From the NCBI GenBank assembly GCA_017354065.1, contig JAFMRN010000001.1:1-46192 (forward strand): a stretch of 46,192 nucleotides of DNA, written 5' to 3'. The notes under the pieces were generated by a model, which saw nothing but the letters and a program-made list of their open reading frames with translations, ran no database searches and was not told the DNA's origin. The position numbers and the translations under genes were made by a program. Below are positions 8,898 to 17,237 of this stretch, piece after piece. How positions within the stretch are numbered: position 1 is the stretch's first letter; each line of letters starts with the position of its first letter. Origin of the DNA: Solirubrobacterales bacterium (lineage in GTDB: Bacteria > Actinomycetota > Thermoleophilia > Solirubrobacterales > Solirubrobacteraceae).

Positions 8898-8955
8898 GCG
8901 TCGATTGAGCCCGGAGGCTCTTGTACAGGCAACCTTCAGACGGGAACATGGAGCA

Positions 8956-10224
8956 ATGTCTGTAAACAAGCTGGTGGTTCGCAGCAGCAGTGGCCAAAGC
9001 CTGATCGAGTACATCGGCGTGATCGCGGTCGTGGCCGTTCTCGTCGGTGGCGTTCTGTTCATTGCTCCTGGGCTGGCGGGTGCCGTCTCCCACGGACTGA
9101 GCTGTGCCGTGAAGGGCGTGCTGCACGGCGGCCGATGTGAGAAGTCACATGGGTCCGGTAAGCCGCCGTCGCGAGTCACCCCACCACAAGCAGACATCAC
9201 GGGCTCGGGATCACCGCCGAAGCTGACGCACTGGACGAAGTGTCCGCCAGGCTCGAGGCAATCGCTACCTCCCTATGCGCCCGGTACCTGCGTCAACGGC
9301 TCCGGCGGGTACGTTGAGCCGGTGCCCCAAGCGGTCTGTCCGGATGGCACCAGGCCGAACGCGCACGGCGCTTGCGTCGATCCCTACGGCCGGCCCGCGC
9401 CGCCTATGGATCAGCCCTGCTCGACGAAGGTGAATGCCCAGAGCAGGCTGGCTCCCGGCGAGGCATGCCTGCTGCCCGACGGACGTGAGCTTGCCGGCCC
9501 GCTGCGCCCGGGCGTCAAGCAGCTGGTCTGTCCGGCGGGCTCGCACCCCGCGGTCGGCGCCTACCAGCCGGACCAGCGCCCGTGCGTGACCGGCTCCGGG
9601 CAGTTACGCAAGTCCGCGTGTCCGCCGGGGACAGGCCCGAGTCCCGACGGCCAGAGCTGTTTGACGGCCGGTGACCAGTCGGTATCGCCCACGTGGCTGC
9701 CACCGGCCGTCCATCCCGAAGGCGAGGCGGCGCCCTGTGAAGCTGGCACCGATTACCACATCTTCGACGGTGAGGCCTATTGCCTGGACGCCGGGTTCGA
9801 TCCTGAGCCCAGCCAAGCAGAGCTTGATCCTCAGAAGGCGGTGGGCTTCGCCATTCACCCACCGCCGGGATATTCGCTGGGCCAGCTCCTGGCGGGCCAG
9901 AACCCCCGCCAACCCACTGGTCCGGCGCGCGTATCTGGGTCCGGCGAGAGTGAGGGGTCGGTCGGCGCCGCCGATCCGAAGGACCCCAAGGGGCCGCTCC
10001 AGTATTTCCCCGACGGCAATGCGGAGGAGGAGTGGTACGACCACTACATGGAGGTCTATGAGCAGGGCAGGCACGGCCTTCACGACACCCTGGAGGGGCG
10101 TGAGCAGATGGAGAAGGCCGAGCGCGAGGGGATGCGACAGGCCGCCGGGAGGTTCGACGGGGCCGATGGCAGCGATGAGGGCGATGATGGCGATGAAGAC
10201 CCAGAGGGCGAGGCCGACGGGTGA
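8956..10224 (+). CDS. Flp/Tad prepilin-like N-terminus fused to Cys/Pro-rich repeats and an acidic tail
   Basis: G|QSLIEY plus hydrophobic helix (class III signal-like). 14 Cys in paired CPxG[ST]...C[VL] units. Exact start uncertain. Confidence 0.72.
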   Translation: MSVNKLVVRSSSGQSLIEYIGVIAVVAVLVGGVLFIAPGLAGAVSHGLSCAVKGVLHGGRCEKSHGSGKPPSRVTPPQADITGSGSPPKLTHWTKCPPGSRQSLPPYAPGTCVNGSGGYVEPVPQAVCPDGTRPNAHGACVDPYGRPAPPMDQPCSTKVNAQSRLAPGEACLLPDGRELAGPLRPGVKQLVCPAGSHPAVGAYQPDQRPCVTGSGQLRKSACPPGTGPSPDGQSCLTAGDQSVSPTWLPPAVHPEGEAAPCEAGTDYHIFDGEAYCLDAGFDPEPSQAELDPQKAVGFAIHPPPGYSLGQLLAGQNPRQPTGPARVSGSGESEGSVGAADPKDPKGPLQYFPDGNAEEEWYDHYMEVYEQGRHGLHDTLEGREQMEKAEREGMRQAAGRFDGADGSDEGDDGDEDPEGEADG

Positions 10225-10226
10225 CG

Positions 10227-10970
10227 CTACTCCCCTTGCTCGGGGCGCAGCTTCAGTACCGGCGGCGGGACGACCGGCGGGTATTCACGCGGTTCGTTGA
10301 TCGCCTGTGCGGCCGACTGCAACGGCACGCCATCCTCGGTGGAGAGTTCGCGGAAGCCGGTCATCACAAACGGTTGCTCGCCGGGCGTGTCGGGGGCCGG
10401 GCTTGCCGGCTGATCGCCGGTGAGCCGGAGCAGGTCCTCAGGCGTATCCACGTCCGCACCCGAGCCGAGCTCGTCACAGGGGATCAGCTTGGCGTCCGCC
10501 AGGAGCCCGCGCGCGCCCTGATCACCGCTGAGCTCGCGCGCCGCGGCGATCTGCCGGGGCCCCAGCAGAACCGGGTGCCCGGGCTGGTCTCCGTAGCTGG
10601 CGCGTGCCGGCGTGCTGCGCGCCGCGATCACTCGCTGGATCGCGGCGGCTGAGACCAGCGGTTGGTCGGCCAGGGTGATCACTATCCGCTTCGAGTCAGC
10701 CAGCGCAGCCAGGCCGGTACGGAGTGACGCGGCCTGACCCTCGGCCCACGCGTCGCACATCACGATCTCAACGCGGCTGGGGGCCAGCACCGAGGACACC
10801 ATGTCCGCATAAGCGCCCAGTACCAGCACCACGCGGTCCAGCTCCTCTACCGCGCACTGGGCGTCAACCGCCCACTGGATCAGCGGCTGCCCGCGGAAGA
10901 ACGCGAGCTGCTTGGGCACCGCCCCAAAGCGTGAACCGGCGCCGGCCGCGAGGATCAGACCGTCGGGCAC
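10227..10970 (-). CDS. mocA: Molybdenum cofactor cytidylyltransferase (MocA-like NTP transferase)
   Basis: LILAAGAGSRFG..KQL, LADQP, GHPVL, GDQGAR, DVDTPED. Last gene of a xanthine-oxidase-family operon. Confidence 0.85.
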   Translation of the reverse strand: MPDGLILAAGAGSRFGAVPKQLAFFRGQPLIQWAVDAQCAVEELDRVVLVLGAYADMVSSVLAPSRVEIVMCDAWAEGQAASLRTGLAALADSKRIVITLADQPLVSAAAIQRVIAARSTPARASYGDQPGHPVLLGPRQIAAARELSGDQGARGLLADAKLIPCDELGSGADVDTPEDLLRLTGDQPASPAPDTPGEQPFVMTGFRELSTEDGVPLQSAAQAINEPREYPPVVPPPVLKLRPEQGE

Positions 10971-11995
10971 GCGCGGAGCCGCGGCTCGCCGATCGCTGAA
11001 AGCGGCGGAGCGACTGCGCCGCCGGCGTGGATCGTGCCCGAGCTACCGGTGAGGCTGCCGCCGTCTCTTCCATGTCTCACAGCCACGATCTCAGCCATTA
11101 TCGCCAAAGCGGTCTCCGCCGCGCCTGCGGCACCCAGGTCGAGACCGATCGGTCCGCGCACACGCGCCAGCTGCGGCGCCGAGACGCCGGCCGCTTCCAG
11201 GCGCCGGCGCCGCTCCGCGTCCGCGTGCCGGCTGCCCATCGCGCCGATGTAGAAGGCGTTGGAATCAAGCGCGGCGATCAGCGCGGCGTCATCCAGCTTC
11301 GGGTCATGCGTCAGCACGGCGACGGCGGTGCGGCGGTTGAGGCCGCCGAGCTGCGCGAACGCAGCCTCGGGCCAGAGGCCCAGCACCGCCTCCGCGTCGG
11401 GAAAGCGCTCGGCGGGCGCGAACCGGGTGCGGGGGTCGATCACAAATACGCGCCAGCCACAGCGCGCCGCGGTCTCACACAGCGGGCCGGTGAAGTCCAC
11501 CGCGCCGACGATCATCAGACGCGGCGCCGGCAGCGCCACGTCCACAAACACGTCGTCAGCGGTCAGCTCTGAGGGCTGCTCTGACAGCGCTGTCTCCAGC
11601 AGACGGCGTTCGCCCGAGCCGTTCAACGGCGTCAGCAGCATCGCTCCACGGCCGGCGGCGGCGAGCTTTAGAAACCGCGCGAGCTGCGCGTCGCAGCGCT
11701 CCACCATCACGGTGATGGCGCCGCCGCAAGGGAGCCCGGTACCGGTGATCTGCTCCTCCCCGAAGTGGAGCAACTGGCGCCGGCCGTCAACGAGCACGCG
11801 TTCAGCCACCTCCACCACGGCGCCCTCGACACAGCCGCCGGACACCGCGCCGACCAGCTCGCCGCTGGCGCTCAGGCCGAGCTTCGCACCGACCGGGCGC
11901 GGGCTTGAGTGCCGCGTGGCGACGACCGTTGCCACCGCGACCTCCTGGCCGGCTGCCAGCCAGTCACAGATCTGTCCCGCGATCTGATCGCCCAT
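10955..11995 (-). CDS. xdhC: XdhC/CoxI family Moco-insertion chaperone
   Basis: ATVV...SSPRPVGA, GAVSGGCVE, GLPCGG, LTHDPKLDD, YIGAMGSR, GPIGLDLGA. Start ATG 11995. Confidence 0.92.
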   Translation of the reverse strand: MGDQIAGQICDWLAAGQEVAVATVVATRHSSPRPVGAKLGLSASGELVGAVSGGCVEGAVVEVAERVLVDGRRQLLHFGEEQITGTGLPCGGAITVMVERCDAQLARFLKLAAAGRGAMLLTPLNGSGERRLLETALSEQPSELTADDVFVDVALPAPRLMIVGAVDFTGPLCETAARCGWRVFVIDPRTRFAPAERFPDAEAVLGLWPEAAFAQLGGLNRRTAVAVLTHDPKLDDAALIAALDSNAFYIGAMGSRHADAERRRRLEAAGVSAPQLARVRGPIGLDLGAAGAAETALAIMAEIVAVRHGRDGGSLTGSSGTIHAGGAVAPPLSAIGEPRLRACPTV

Positions 11996-11997
11996 GC

Positions 11998-12477
11998 TTA
12001 CTTCATCGCCGCGGCGCCGGCCTTGATCGCCTGGCGGATCCGCGGGTAGGTGCCACAGCGGCACACGTTGCGCAGGCTGTCGAGGTCCGCGTCGGAGACA
12101 TCGCGACCGGCGGCGTGGGCCTTGTTGACCAGGTCGACCGCGGCCATGATCTGGCCCGGCTGGCAGTACCCGCACTGGGCGACGTCGTTGTCAAGCCACG
12201 CCTGTTGCATCGGGTGGAGCGGCTGCTTGACGGTATCCGCCAGGCCCTCGATCGTGACCACCTGGTCTGTCGGTTTCAGGTCGGAGACCAGGATCCCGCA
12301 GAGCTGTTTGGCCTCACCGTTGATGTGTGACGTGCAGGCCTTGCACACCTCCAGGCCACAGCCGTACTTGGGGCCGTGCACGCCCAGCAGGTCTCGGACC
12401 ACCCACAGCAGGTGGACGTTGGGGTCACAGTCGACGCTGACTTTTTTGCCGTTGAGGATGAATGAGTAGCTGGGCAT
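11998..12477 (-). CDS. Two-[2Fe-2S] small subunit of a xanthine-oxidase-family molybdoenzyme (IorA-like)
   Basis: KYGCGLEVCKAC, QCGYCQPG, NVCRCGTY. Confidence 0.93.
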   Translation of the reverse strand: MPSYSFILNGKKVSVDCDPNVHLLWVVRDLLGVHGPKYGCGLEVCKACTSHINGEAKQLCGILVSDLKPTDQVVTIEGLADTVKQPLHPMQQAWLDNDVAQCGYCQPGQIMAAVDLVNKAHAAGRDVSDADLDSLRNVCRCGTYPRIRQAIKAGAAAMK

Positions 12478-12480
12478 GAT

Positions 12481-14796
12481 CTATGAGGCGGTGACGGGGG
12501 AGGCGGGGATCGGCGGGGTGGTCGGCACAGGGTCGAACCACAGCGGGTCGTTGTGGTTGATCGGGAACTCGGTGGGCAGCGTGCCGGTGGCGCGCGCGTA
12601 TGCGCAGGCGGTGGCGGCCATAGATGCCGGCACGCCCAGCTCGCCGGCGCCGCCGGGGGAGTCCGAGGTCGGGTCCATCACGATCACCTGCACGTCCGGC
12701 GGCGTGTTCCACTCGCGGGTATAGCCGACGTTGTCCCAGCTGCCCTCCAGGAAGTAGCCGTCCTGGAGGTGGAGGCTGTAGGACAGCGCCTGGGCGATCC
12801 CGTCCATGCAGCCGCCCATCATCTGGGCCTGGAGGCCGAGCGGGTTGATCGGCAGGCCGACGTCAACCGCGAACACGACCTTGGTCACGCGCGGGCCGCT
12901 GTAGCCGTCCTGGATCTTGCGGTTGACCGTGGCCGGGGTGCAGTCGATCTCCACCAGGCAGGCACCGAAGCTCTTGTACTCGTGATGCACACCGATCCCC
13001 TGGGCGGTGTTGGGTGCCATCTGCCGGCCCCAGTTGCCCGCCTTGGCGACGGCATCCAGCACCGCGACCATGCGCTTGTCGCGAGCGTAGGTGCGGCGGA
13101 ACTGGTAGGGGTCCTGGCCCATGGCCTTGGCGGTCTGATCGACCATCAGCTCGCCGGCGGTGCGGGTCTCGGGGCCGTAGATGTTGCGCACCGAGGAGGT
13201 GTTGAACGTGTCGTAGGCGTAGATCTCGTTCAACAGCTGGGTGGTGACGCCGAAGTTGTAGGGCGAGTTGACAGACAGGTTGAAGATCGCTTGGCTGTAG
13301 CCGAGTGAGTTGGCGGCCGGCAGCGTCGCCAGGTTGGCCGTCAGCAGCTCACCGAAACCGTGGCTGAAATCGGTCGCCACGCTGGTGTGGCGCTGCTCGA
13401 AGCTCAGCACGCTGTTGCCCAGGTGGTTCACCCGCACGCGTGACGTGCACATCGGGTGGACGCGTCCCTGGCGGAAGTTGTCGGTCCGATGCCACATCAG
13501 CTTCACCGGCTTGCCCATGGCCTTTGAGATCGACGCGGCCTCAAAGGCCGCGTCGCCAAACAGGTGTCGGCCGAAGCTGCCGCCACCCTGGGCGACGTGC
13601 ACCTTGACCTGCTCCTTGGACATCCCGAGGATCGTGCAGAGCTGCTCCTGCACCCAGACCGGCGTCTTCAGCGAGGACCACACCTCAGCGCTGTCAGCGG
13701 TCACGTTGGCGACCGCCGCGTTGGTCTCCAGCGGATCGCCGGGACGGAAGTGAAAGGTGAAGCGCTGGTCCAGGGTTATGCCGCTGACCGTCGGCACCCC
13801 GGGCAGCTCGGCGGCGATCAGGTCCTTCTTCACGTCGTCCGCGGACTTGCCGTCGACCGAACCGGGACCCCAGTCGACGTCCATCGCGCGGATCGCGTCT
13901 ATGCACTGACCGAAGGTCTGGGCGCGCACCGCCACGCCGCCGGCCACGAACTTGGTGTGGGGGATCAGCGCGATGTCACTGACGCCCGGCATCGCCTGTA
14001 CCTGGGCCTGGTTCTTGAGCGCCTTCGCGGTGGCGTTGATCGTCGGCGGGCGACAGACCATCGTCGGCAGCGCGTCCGGGACGTCGGTCAGGTCCATCGC
14101 GAACTGCTTCTTGCCGGTCACTATGTCCAGCGCGTCGATCCGCTTGGTCGGCTGGCCGACGTTCGCGTTTGCGGCGGCGTTGGCCGTCACCGGCACCTTG
14201 GTCGTCTGGCTGACCGCCGCCGGCTTTGCCAGCGCGCCAAGGTCGATCGACTTGCCGTTGCCGGCGTTCGCCTGGCCGTTGCTCAACGTCACCTGGGACG
14301 GGCTGACGCCGAGCTGGTCCGCGGCCGTTTTCGTCAGCTGCGCCCGGGCTGCCGCGGCGGCGCCCTGGACCGGCTTGTAGATCGCATGCAGCGTGTTGGA
14401 CCCGCCGGTGATCTGGTTCCAGATCAGCTCGGGGCGCGCGTCAGCCAGCGTGACGTTGACCTTGTCGACTGTTAGTGACAGCTGGTCGGCGATGATCTGG
14501 GCCACGGCGGTGGTGATGCCCTGGCCGACCTCGGCGCGGGGCAGGGCGAAGGACGCGGTGCCGTCGCTGTTGACGGTAACCGTGATCAGGTTCGAGGTCG
14601 GCAGCGCCGCGTCGGTCAGCAGATCGGACAGGTCGTATGCGTCAACCGGCTGTACGGTCGGCAGGCCGGCCGCCTGTGCCGGCGTCGCCCCGCTGCTCAA
14701 CTCGGCGGCGGCGACCAGTGTCGGCGCGGCCACCAGATAGGCGATGAAGTCCCGGCGTGATAGGTCCCTGCCGGGCTTATCAGTCATGTCACTCAC
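12481..14796 (-). CDS. Molybdopterin-binding large subunit (IorB/aldehyde oxidase type) with twin-arginine signal peptide
   Basis: SRRDFI Tat motif; RAEVGQGITT, GGGSFGR and GGAGELG (catalytic Glu). GTG start with GGAGGAG RBS. Confidence 0.92.
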   Translation of the reverse strand: MSDMTDKPGRDLSRRDFIAYLVAAPTLVAAAELSSGATPAQAAGLPTVQPVDAYDLSDLLTDAALPTSNLITVTVNSDGTASFALPRAEVGQGITTAVAQIIADQLSLTVDKVNVTLADARPELIWNQITGGSNTLHAIYKPVQGAAAAARAQLTKTAADQLGVSPSQVTLSNGQANAGNGKSIDLGALAKPAAVSQTTKVPVTANAAANANVGQPTKRIDALDIVTGKKQFAMDLTDVPDALPTMVCRPPTINATAKALKNQAQVQAMPGVSDIALIPHTKFVAGGVAVRAQTFGQCIDAIRAMDVDWGPGSVDGKSADDVKKDLIAAELPGVPTVSGITLDQRFTFHFRPGDPLETNAAVANVTADSAEVWSSLKTPVWVQEQLCTILGMSKEQVKVHVAQGGGSFGRHLFGDAAFEAASISKAMGKPVKLMWHRTDNFRQGRVHPMCTSRVRVNHLGNSVLSFEQRHTSVATDFSHGFGELLTANLATLPAANSLGYSQAIFNLSVNSPYNFGVTTQLLNEIYAYDTFNTSSVRNIYGPETRTAGELMVDQTAKAMGQDPYQFRRTYARDKRMVAVLDAVAKAGNWGRQMAPNTAQGIGVHHEYKSFGACLVEIDCTPATVNRKIQDGYSGPRVTKVVFAVDVGLPINPLGLQAQMMGGCMDGIAQALSYSLHLQDGYFLEGSWDNVGYTREWNTPPDVQVIVMDPTSDSPGGAGELGVPASMAATACAYARATGTLPTEFPINHNDPLWFDPVPTTPPIPASPVTAS

Positions 14797-14854
14797 GGAC
14801 GAGCTCCTCCCAGGCTCGAATGGACTGCCTTCGCGACCATATCGTGAATCTCGG

Positions 14855-15496
14855 TCAGTCGACCGCAGCCGAAAACAGGTCTGTCAGCGTCGCGACAATC
14901 TGGTCGCGGTCCGCTTGGGTGGGGTTGCTGCGCTTCGGGTCGGTCAGCCGGTCGATGATCAGGCCGTCCGTCGCGGACACCAGCGCGACCGCCGTGAGGT
15001 GCAGGCTGGCCCCGGGTGCCTGCTGGGTGGCGTCCATCAGCAGGCTGATCTGGGCGGCGATCATCTCCGCGTAGGTCCGCAGTACCTGACGGCGCCGCGC
15101 CTCCAGCTCGCGTGTGACGCCGACCATCTCGAAGTAGTTCACGCGCGCGGCGCGCTCGTCGGCGAGCGTCGCGTTGACGAACGTCTCCATACCGGCGGCG
15201 AGCCGTGCTCGCGGTGACGGTGCGGTCGCCTCCAAGGTGTTCAGCACCGCGGCGAACACGGCCTCCACGTGCCGGTCATAGACGGCCTGGAGCAGTGCGG
15301 TCTTGGTCCGGAACTCCTCATAGAAGTAACGGGGGTTGAGCCGGGCCTCGCTGCAGAGCATCTCGATCGTGGTGGCGGCGTAGCCGCGCGTGCCGAACAG
15401 CTCGAGGCCGGCGTCCAGCAGCTTCTCCCGGCGCTCTGAGCGGCGCTCACCACTGGTCTTGCCGCCGTAACGGCGGCCCGCGTCAGCGGCGGTCAT
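14855..15496 (-). CDS. TetR/AcrR family transcriptional regulator
   Basis: RRYGG...ERREKLLDAGLELFGTRGYAATTI...RYFYEEF HTH. Confidence 0.93.
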   Translation of the reverse strand: MTAADAGRRYGGKTSGERRSERREKLLDAGLELFGTRGYAATTIEMLCSEARLNPRYFYEEFRTKTALLQAVYDRHVEAVFAAVLNTLEATAPSPRARLAAGMETFVNATLADERAARVNYFEMVGVTRELEARRRQVLRTYAEMIAAQISLLMDATQQAPGASLHLTAVALVSATDGLIIDRLTDPKRSNPTQADRDQIVATLTDLFSAAVD

Positions 15497-15534
15497 GGGA
15501 GCGATCCACGGTCGTCATGGGAGCAAGCTAGCAA

Positions 15535-15558
15535 ATCTGGAAAGGAGTCTTGACAGAT
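15535..15558. promoter_or_regulatory. Putative TetR operator 1
   Basis: ATCTGGAAAG-N4-CTTGACAGAT imperfect palindrome; same motif as 15690-15713. Confidence 0.65.
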
Positions 15559-15565
15559 CCTTTCG

Positions 15566-15682
15566 GCCCTGGAACTTCTCAACCCCTCCGCGAGTGGCGG
15601 GGTTTGCGCCGCTACCCCGGCTGAGCAACGGTAAACCGCACAACCCTCTCACGATCGGCGCACCCTTGGAAAGTTGCAGGGC
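15566..15682. repeat. 117-bp dispersed element with terminal inverted repeats (MITE/REP-like), copy 1
   Basis: GCCCTGGAACTT...AAGTTGCAGGGC. Aligns by eye at roughly 80-85% identity to the reverse complement of 38965-39081. Confidence 0.85.
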
Positions 15683-15689
15683 TAACCGA

Positions 15690-15713
15690 ATGTGGTAAGG
15701 TCGCTTACCAGAT
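15690..15713. promoter_or_regulatory. Putative TetR operator 2, overlapping the desaturase start codon
   Basis: ATGTGGTAAG-N4-CTTACCAGAT (9/10 palindromic). Confidence 0.7.
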
Positions 15714-16593
15714 GTTCGATCTGGTTTTGTACGCGGTCCCGTTCTTCATCGCGCTGGTGCTGGTGGAGTGGTTCCAGTTCCGCCATGACCGCGCTGAGGA
15801 GCGCGAGCAGCTGGTCGGCTATGAGGGTCATGACACCGCCACCAGCCTGACGATGGGGGTCGGCTACGCGGTCATCAACACCGGCTGGAAGCTGGTTGTC
15901 GCGACCGCGTACGCGGGCATCTACGAGCTGACGCCGCTGCGCATCTCGCCGCAGGACTGGTGGGCGTGGCCGCTGCTGTTCTTCGCTGATGACCTGGCCT
16001 ACTACTGGTTCCATCGGATCAGCCACGTGTGCCGGATCTTCTGGGCCAGCCATGTGGTCCACCACTCATCCCAGCACTACAACCTGTCCACCGCGCTGCG
16101 CCAGACCTGGACGCCGATGGGCACCTTCATCTTCTGGATTCCGCTGGCGCTGATCGGGTTCAAGCCGTGGATGATCCTGCTCGAGCAGTCGGTCAGCCTG
16201 ACGTACCAGTTCTGGATCCACACCGAGCGGGTCGGGACGCTGTGGCGCCCGATCGAGCTGATCTTCAACACGCCGTCACACCACCGCGTCCACCACGGCT
16301 CCAACGACCAGTACCTGGACAAGAACTTCGGCGGGATCCTGATCATCTGGGACCGCCTGTTCGGCAGCTTCATCGCCGAGCGTGAGCAGGTCCAATACGG
16401 CCTGACCCGCAACATCGGGACGTTCAACCCCCTGAAGGTCGCCACGCATGAGTACGTGGCGATCTACAACGACGTGCGCCACGCGCGGACCTGGTCAGAC
16501 CGCTTCAACTTCCTGTTCCGGGGGCCGGGCTGGGCCTATGACCACCGGGACCCGGCGGACCTCGGAGAGCTCACCGAGCGCCAGCCTGCCTGA
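15712..16593 (+). CDS. Sterol desaturase/fatty acid hydroxylase family protein (alkylglycerol monooxygenase-like)
   Basis: His boxes YYWFHRISH, WASHVVHHSS, WIH, HHRVHH; LSTALRQ; DKNFGGILIIWDRLFG. Confidence 0.92.
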   Translation: MFDLVLYAVPFFIALVLVEWFQFRHDRAEEREQLVGYEGHDTATSLTMGVGYAVINTGWKLVVATAYAGIYELTPLRISPQDWWAWPLLFFADDLAYYWFHRISHVCRIFWASHVVHHSSQHYNLSTALRQTWTPMGTFIFWIPLALIGFKPWMILLEQSVSLTYQFWIHTERVGTLWRPIELIFNTPSHHRVHHGSNDQYLDKNFGGILIIWDRLFGSFIAEREQVQYGLTRNIGTFNPLKVATHEYVAIYNDVRHARTWSDRFNFLFRGPGWAYDHRDPADLGELTERQPA

Positions 16594-16601
16594 CCCAGCG
16601 G

Positions 16602-17117
16602 CTAGGACTTGCTTCCGGCACGCTGCCAGCGGTCCAGCACCACGTGGGTGACGGTCTCATGGATCCCGTCCATCTCACGGGCCCTGAGCACGGCCGTGCG
16701 CAGGTGGTCCATGTCATCGACGGACAGGCGCACCAGTGCGTCATGGTCGCCCGCGGTCATCAGCACCTCGCGCACCTCGGGCAGCTTCTTGAGCTGGTCG
16801 ACGGTCGCCGACATGCCCGCGCCCGAGGCGAGCCGGACCTGCATGAAGGCCTCAATCGCGGCGCTCGACCCCGGCGCGAGCACCGTCGTGTAGCCGGAGA
16901 TCACGCCGGCCTGCTCCAGGCGCTGGATGCGGCGTTTGACGGGCGCGACGGACAGGTTCACCCGCGCCGCTACGTCGGACAGGCTGCGCCGCGCGTTCTC
17001 GGTCAGCAGGCTGAGGATTTGCCGGTCGACCTGGTCGATCGGTGAGTTCAGAGATGGTGTGACTTGCGCGACGGGCGCCGTGGTCAAGTTGCCCAAGATC
17101 GGATCCTTCCGCTCCAC
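16602..17117 (-). CDS. Lrp/AsnC family transcriptional regulator
   Basis: DQVDRQILSLLTENARRS...RRIQRLEQAGVISGY HTH plus RAM domain. Confidence 0.92.
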   Translation of the reverse strand: MERKDPILGNLTTAPVAQVTPSLNSPIDQVDRQILSLLTENARRSLSDVAARVNLSVAPVKRRIQRLEQAGVISGYTTVLAPGSSAAIEAFMQVRLASGAGMSATVDQLKKLPEVREVLMTAGDHDALVRLSVDDMDHLRTAVLRAREMDGIHETVTHVVLDRWQRAGSKS

Positions 17118-17237
17118 CGCTTCCCCTTCTGGTGGCCAAGGCGGATTACAAAGTGAAAGTACATTGTCGCAGACTTCGAGAAAGGGCGTGTCGCACGCAA
17201 CTTTTTTGCGCTGGATCTTGCAGAACTGCGCGGGCGG

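Noticed and set aside
7685-8908. 407-aa plus-strand ORF
   Set aside because: Antisense shadow of the PfpI, ferritin and small-protein genes; no recognisable motifs.
8956-10224. Cytochrome c or Fe-S protein suggested by high Cys content
   Set aside because: No CxxCH or CxxC motifs. Cys spacing and the export-type N-terminus fit disulfide-bonded repeats.
15566-15682. 117-bp element as CRISPR repeat, tRNA or known riboswitch
   Set aside because: No repeat-spacer array, no cloverleaf or T-loop, and no aptamer consensus I recognise. An Rfam search is still needed.
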